NCBI GenBank assembly: GCA_038209745.1
Contig: JBBQXJ010000112.1
Span: forward strand, 1-10,608
Direction of reading: 5' to 3'
Length of the DNA stretch: 10,608 bases
From: Verrucomicrobiota bacterium
GTDB lineage: Bacteria; Verrucomicrobiota; Verrucomicrobiia; Limisphaerales; CANJSG01
The translations under genes were made by a program, and so were the position numbers. Shown in pieces: positions 6,481 to 10,608 of this stretch (the stretch's first letter is position 1; the number at the start of each line of letters is the position of its first letter). The notes beneath the pieces were generated by a model, which saw nothing but the letters and a program-made list of their open reading frames with translations, was not told the DNA's origin and did not search any database.

Positions 6481-7602
6481 ATGCAGTTGCTCCCGTTGCA
6501 CGAATTTCACGCCGGCTTGAACGCGCAGTTTGTCGAGTTGAGCGGACAGGAAGCGGTCGTTCATTATGGCGATTGGCTGGCGGAGCATCGGGCTCTCCGG
6601 GAAGCCGCCGGGGTGATCGATCTCAGTTTTCGGGGCCGCCTCTGTCTGCTCGGCGAGGACCGACAGCGCTTCCTCCATGGACAGGTCACCAACGACGTCA
6701 AGAAGCTCGAAGCCGGGCAGGGCTGCTACGCCGCGATCATCTCCGGCAAAGGCAAGATGCAGGCTGACCTCAACATCTTCCGCTTGGAGAACGAGCTGCT
6801 CCTCGACTTCGAGCCCGGCTTGGCGGACGAGCTCGTCCAGCGGCTCGACAAATACATCATCGCCGACGACGTGCAGGTGGTTGATGTGGCTCCACACTAC
6901 GGACTCTTGAGCGTCCAGGGACCGAAAAGTGCCGAAGCGCTGGCCAAGCTCGGACTCCCCGTCATCCTGCCGGACAAGCCGCTCGACCTCGTCAAATTGG
7001 CGGACGAAACGCTGGGAGAACTCTACATCGCCAATCATGCCCGGTTGGGTTCCCAAGGGTTCGACCTCTTCGTCCCGACGGCGTCGTTGGGGGCGGTGCT
7101 GGACAAGCTGATCGCGTCCTGCCGGGAAGTCGGGGGCGACGCGGCCGGATGGCGCGCCTTCGACACGGCGCGGATCGAGGCGGGCATTCCGCGATTCGGC
7201 GTGGACATGGACGAGACGAATCTCCCGCCCGAAGCCGGACTCGAAGGCAAGGCCGTCAGCTACAGCAAAGGCTGCTACATCGGGCAGGAAGTCATCGCCC
7301 GCATCCGCACCTACGGCCAGGTGGCCAAGGCTCTGCGGGGTCTGAGGCTCGCCGACGATCTGGCTGCACTCCCGGTCAAAGGCGACAAGCTGGTGAAGGA
7401 TGGCAAGGACGTGGGCTACATCACCAGCGCCGTGGCTTCGCCCGCGTTGAAGGCGAACATCGCTCTTGGCTACGTGCGGAAGGAATGCAACCGGCCGGGG
7501 ACGGTGTTGACCTTGCGGGTTGGAGCAGGGGAAGCACGGGCTTTCATTGTCCCGCTGCCGTTTGGCTGGGACGGAGCCATTGAACGGAGTCCAGCGGCCT
7601 AG
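6481..7602 (+). CDS. ygfZ: YgfZ/GcvT-family folate-binding protein (Fe-S cluster maturation, YgfZ/Iba57 type)
   Basis: GcvT-fold motifs (DLSFRG, FLHGQVTND, RIEAGIPRFG, VGYITSA...IALGYV) plus the YgfZ-specific KGCYIGQE. 373 aa from ATG 6481. Confidence 0.85.
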   Translation: MQLLPLHEFHAGLNAQFVELSGQEAVVHYGDWLAEHRALREAAGVIDLSFRGRLCLLGEDRQRFLHGQVTNDVKKLEAGQGCYAAIISGKGKMQADLNIFRLENELLLDFEPGLADELVQRLDKYIIADDVQVVDVAPHYGLLSVQGPKSAEALAKLGLPVILPDKPLDLVKLADETLGELYIANHARLGSQGFDLFVPTASLGAVLDKLIASCREVGGDAAGWRAFDTARIEAGIPRFGVDMDETNLPPEAGLEGKAVSYSKGCYIGQEVIARIRTYGQVAKALRGLRLADDLAALPVKGDKLVKDGKDVGYITSAVASPALKANIALGYVRKECNRPGTVLTLRVGAGEARAFIVPLPFGWDGAIERSPAA

Positions 7603-9062
7603 GCGAGGACTTCGGAAACGACCTTGGCCGGCTTCACGCCGGTGAGCCGTTGGTCGAGGCCCTGGAACGGATAGAAGAGCTGTTTGTAGTCGAGGCCCAT
7701 CAGGTGGAGCAGGGTGGCGTGCAGGTCGCGGATCTGAACGGGTGGCGTAACCGGATTGAAGCCGATGGGATCGGTCTCCCCGACGCTGGTGCCGCCTTTC
7801 ACGCCGGCCCCGGCCATGAACACAGTGAAGGCAAAAGGATGGTGGTCCCGGCCGACGAACTTCATTTCCGCGCCGCCGCGGTTTTCCCGCATCGGGGTGC
7901 GGCCGAATTCAGCGCCCCAGACCACGAGGGTTTCGTCGAGCAGTCCGCGCTGTTCGAGATCGGTCAGCAAAGCGTGGAGCGGGCGGTCCATCCCGGCGCA
8001 CTTGCGGCCGAAACCGACATCGAGGGCGGTGCCTTCGTCGGTGCCGTGGGAGTCCCAGCCCCAGTCGAAAAGCTGGACCATGCGGACGCCGCGTTCGACG
8101 AGGCGGCGGGCGAGGAGACAGTTGTTGGCGAAGCTCTCTTTGCCCGGCTCGGTGCCGTAGAGGGCGTGAGTCTCGGGTGATTCTTTCCGGAGGTCGAAGG
8201 CGTCGCTGGCGGTCAGTTGCATCCGGCTGGCCATTTCGTATTGGGCGATGCGGGTGACGGTCTCCGGATCGCCGAGTTCCTCGTAGGTGCGCTGGTTGAG
8301 CTCTGAGATGGTCTTGACCACGTCCTGTCGCGTGCCGGTGTCGATGCCCGGCGGGTTTTCGAGGTAGAGGACAGGCTCGCCTTCCGAGCGGCATTGGACG
8401 CCTTGATAGACGGAAGGGAGGAAGCCTCCGCCCCAGAGAGCTTTGCCGCCGTCGGGATTGCGTCCGCCCGAGAGGAGAACGATGAAGCCGGGCATGTTCT
8501 CGTTGTCGGTTCCCAGGCCGTAGGTGACCCATGACCCGGTGCTGGCGTATCCGAGGTTCTGGTTGCCGGTGTGGACGAGGAGTTGTGCGGGAGCGTGGTT
8601 GAACTGCTCCGTCTGCATGGTGTGAATGAAGGCGGCCTTGTCCATGACCTTCTCGAAAAGGGGCAGCCGGTCCGAGATCCACAGGCCAGTCTTCTTCTCC
8701 TGGTGGAACGGATAGACCGGGCCCAGCAGTTGGGGCACGCCGCGGATAAAGGCGAAGCGTTTTCCTTCGAGATACTCTGCGGGGCAGTCTTGGCCGTTCA
8801 GCTTCACCAGTTCCGGCTTGTATTGGAACAGCTCCAGCTGGCTCGGCGCGCCGGCAAAGTGGAGGTAGATGATGTGTTTGGCCTTCGCCGGGAAATGCTG
8901 CGGACTGGCCGCCAATGGATGCGAGGGATCCCGCTTCAAGAGCGACCGGGCGCTGGCCCAGCCTTGGGTCGCCATAAACATGGCTCCCATGCCCGTCGCA
9001 CAGCGCTGGAGGAAGTGGCGGCGAGTGAAGTTCTCGAGGAACTCCTGTTCAGTCCGGGTCAT
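7599..9062 (-). CDS. DUF1501 domain-containing protein (sulfatase-like) with twin-arginine signal
   Basis: ATG 9062: MTRTEQEFLENFTRRHFLQ. DUF1501 motifs AKHIIYLHFAGAPSQLELF-YKP, NHAPAQ, GSWVTYGLG, GFLPSVYQG, CLLARRLVERGVR, WDSH, EFGRTP, GRDHHP, DLHATLLHLMG. Confidence 0.93.
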   Translation of the reverse strand: MTRTEQEFLENFTRRHFLQRCATGMGAMFMATQGWASARSLLKRDPSHPLAASPQHFPAKAKHIIYLHFAGAPSQLELFQYKPELVKLNGQDCPAEYLEGKRFAFIRGVPQLLGPVYPFHQEKKTGLWISDRLPLFEKVMDKAAFIHTMQTEQFNHAPAQLLVHTGNQNLGYASTGSWVTYGLGTDNENMPGFIVLLSGGRNPDGGKALWGGGFLPSVYQGVQCRSEGEPVLYLENPPGIDTGTRQDVVKTISELNQRTYEELGDPETVTRIAQYEMASRMQLTASDAFDLRKESPETHALYGTEPGKESFANNCLLARRLVERGVRMVQLFDWGWDSHGTDEGTALDVGFGRKCAGMDRPLHALLTDLEQRGLLDETLVVWGAEFGRTPMRENRGGAEMKFVGRDHHPFAFTVFMAGAGVKGGTSVGETDPIGFNPVTPPVQIRDLHATLLHLMGLDYKQLFYPFQGLDQRLTGVKPAKVVSEVLA

Positions 9063-9123
9063 TGGAGGGCCTTCATTGTTCGTCGATGCCGCTTGATGGG
9101 TTCCAAGTGTTCCGCCTGCGAAA

Positions 9124-9993
9124 TCAATCCGCCGTTTTGACCGGCTGCGCGGCCGCAGGGAGGTCGATTTCGGAAGGCCGGCGGGTCCCGCCCGCGACCA
9201 CGATGCGACCCTGGCCTCCATCGCGGAGGCCAGGGCGAGTTCCGTCGATGTCGTGGACTTGTCGACCGATGACGTTTCCGTTGGGATCGATGATCGAATA
9301 GAGGAAGCTGCGGGCTCCGGTCTGGAAAAGCAGGTGCAGGTTGCTGGCCGAGTCCAGCTGGGCTTCCGGCTTGCTGAAAGAGGTGAGACGACCGGCCCGA
9401 ACGACTTTCAGGGTTTGGGTTCCCGATTCATCTGTGATGCGGACATAGAGGCTGAGGTTCTGCTTTAGATAATTGGCCTGCAGCAGCACGTATTGGCGAA
9501 CCTCGGGCGGGCGGTTGGTTTCCCCCGAAGCAAGCGGGACCCCAAACCGGACGGTCTTCAGCACCGAACCATTGATCACCTCGAAGGTTGTCGGACTGCT
9601 GGCAAGCGTCGTGTTCCATTGGGGAATGGTCAGCAGCGCTCGGACCCTGTATATGCCGGGTTTCCGCACGGCAAAGTAAGGCGTCAGATTCACCCGCTTC
9701 GTGCCCGCTAGAGTCGACTCGAGGGAGAACCGACCGGTGACCGGGACTTCGCCGGCCTGTTGGATATCGGAACCACCCTTCTCCACGATGGAGAATTGCA
9801 GCCAGGAGTTGTCCTGGCCAAACTCCAAGGTCTGGCCGGATAGGTTGGTCACTTTCACCGCCGCCTCGATGTCCTCCGCCATCACATACTGATCTTGGTT
9901 CAGGGATATCTCCACATTGACGCCGCCCGATTGGGCCATGATACCGCGCGCGGCGAACAGGAAAGCCGCTACGAAACCGATGGGGAGCTTCAT
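9124..9993 (-). CDS. Secreted beta-rich hypothetical protein
   Basis: 289 aa with signal peptide (MKLPIGFVAAFLFAARGIMA|QS). Alternating beta-strand patterns. The N-terminal half looks Ig-like (VEISLNQDQY...AAVKVTNLSG...PGIYRVRA...TTFEV). Has its own promoter candidate. Confidence 0.8.
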   Translation of the reverse strand: MKLPIGFVAAFLFAARGIMAQSGGVNVEISLNQDQYVMAEDIEAAVKVTNLSGQTLEFGQDNSWLQFSIVEKGGSDIQQAGEVPVTGRFSLESTLAGTKRVNLTPYFAVRKPGIYRVRALLTIPQWNTTLASSPTTFEVINGSVLKTVRFGVPLASGETNRPPEVRQYVLLQANYLKQNLSLYVRITDESGTQTLKVVRAGRLTSFSKPEAQLDSASNLHLLFQTGARSFLYSIIDPNGNVIGRQVHDIDGTRPGLRDGGQGRIVVAGGTRRPSEIDLPAAAQPVKTAD

Positions 9994-9999
9994 GCAACG

Positions 10000-10027
10000 A
10001 CTCTAGGGTGAGGCGGGAGCACGGCAA
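10000..10027 (-). promoter_or_regulatory. Putative sigma70-type promoter giving a leaderless mRNA for the 9993 gene
   Basis: Minus strand: TTGCCG (10027-10022), 16-nt spacer, TAGAGT (10005-10000), then 6 nt to ATG 9993. Confidence 0.55.
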
Positions 10028-10380
10028 GCCCGGGGTGAAGTGGGCCTCGCACGGAGCTGAGGATCCAATTCTCCCAGCACCTCGCGCAGCGCGACGGCTG
10101 AAGAAGCACTTTCGGGACAGGAGATGGCTCCACGGTCGCGCGCGCGTCTGGCCAAGGCGCAATTGAGCGCAAAACGAACGAATGGGCGACATCCGGTGTT
10201 CGGGTTCCAGTCCGCGACCGGGACATCGGAGCACGATCAATGGCGAGTGTTCGTACGTTAGAAATTGGTTGAATCGGGTTAGTGAAATGGTTATCAGGAA
10301 AAAGCCGCGAAGGGTTTCAGCTGTCCAATTCTTGAAGGTTCGCGTGGTCTGTTCTGAAGGTTTCCAATTCCCAAAAATAT

Positions 10381-10608
10381 ATGAATGTCCCCAGTAGATT
10401 GATCTCCCTGTCTGCGAGCGTGTGCTTGCTCGTGGCGATTCAGGCCCAAGCGGCCCTGATGCAAGTGGAAGTGACGGTGGAGAACCTGGCTCCGGGACCG
10501 ACGGTGTCCGGGGGAGTGGCGGCGACGCCGCAGGACGGGGCGATTTGGATCATGCGTCCGTGGGTCGGGTTCCACAGCGGGAGCTACAGCACGTTCGCGC
10601 TGGGAACG
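10381..10608 (+). CDS. Spondin-domain-like secreted protein, 5' part; continues beyond the window end
   Basis: Translated by hand: MNVPSRLISLSASVCLLVAIQAQAALMQVEVTVENLAPGPTVSGGVAATPQDGAIWIMRPWVGFHSGSYSTFALGT. Signal peptide, then VTVENLAP...PWVGFH-GSY, typical of bacterial spondin_N proteins. Confidence 0.7.
   Translation, partial: MNVPSRLISLSASVCLLVAIQAQAALMQVEVTVENLAPGPTVSGGVAATPQDGAIWIMRPWVGFHSGSYSTFALGT

Noticed and set aside
6331..7056. Long N-terminal extension of PgsA (438-aa ORF) suggesting a fusion
   Set aside because: Mostly antisense to the YgfZ-type gene. The canonical PgsA start MNLPN is at 6330.
6481..7602. Calling this gene gcvT
   Set aside because: KGCYIGQE is the YgfZ signature, and no gcvH/gcvP genes are adjacent.
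9063..9221. Extended start for the DUF1501 ORF
   Set aside because: Overlaps the upstream gene and would bury the twin-arginine motif. ATG 9062 fits better.
10125..10139. Sigma54-like site TGGCTC-N5-TCGC
   Set aside because: GG/GC spacing is right, but there are two mismatches including in TTGC, it is about 240 nt from the ATG, and such a match is likely by chance in GC-rich DNA.
10296..10320. Possible c-di-GMP riboswitch fragment (GGAAAAAGCCGCGAAGGGTTTC)
   Set aside because: Lacks the GGCAAA/GAAA-loop/ACGCAAA architecture. Only a weak short stem.
9990..10575. ORFs 9990-10226, 10182-10397, 10294-10575 and the overlapping 9428-10240
   Set aside because: Low-complexity translations without motifs that overlap promoter elements or better-supported genes.
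1..10608. CRISPR arrays, IS elements, tRNA/rRNA, prophage or defence genes
   Set aside because: No regularly spaced repeats, transposase/integrase/nuclease-system motifs or RNA-gene signatures seen by eye. The TatD-like gene is EboB-type and has no defence-type neighbours.

Overview
GC-rich bacterial window. Gene content (DUF1501 protein, prepilin-type/DUF1559-like protein, YHS/TRASH protein, SD-less starts) points to Verrucomicrobiota/PVC; this is inference. About 14 probable genes. Left end, minus strand: secreted YHS/TRASH metal-binding protein -> small Cys-rich, Pro-tailed ORF -> structured 153-nt spacer -> TolC/CzcC/CusC-type outer-membrane factor that runs off the window and is absent from the ORF track. 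Divergent from these: a small hypothetical gene plus an EboB-like TatD hydrolase. Then a tandem-thioredoxin redoxin, a prepilin-type protein plus lipoprotein closed by a clear intrinsic terminator, pgsA-pgpA, a YgfZ-type folate-binding protein, a Tat-signal DUF1501 protein, a secreted hypothetical protein, and the 5' part of a spondin-domain protein (also absent from the ORF track). No RNA genes, CRISPR arrays or mobile elements were recognised. Best novelty candidate: the Cys-rich ORF at 743-1093 and its downstream RNA structures. They resemble a metal-sensing translational leader of the CruR/DUF2946 or CutF kind but end in PLYQRHCLLLI rather than RAPP. All family calls are by eye; no searches were run.
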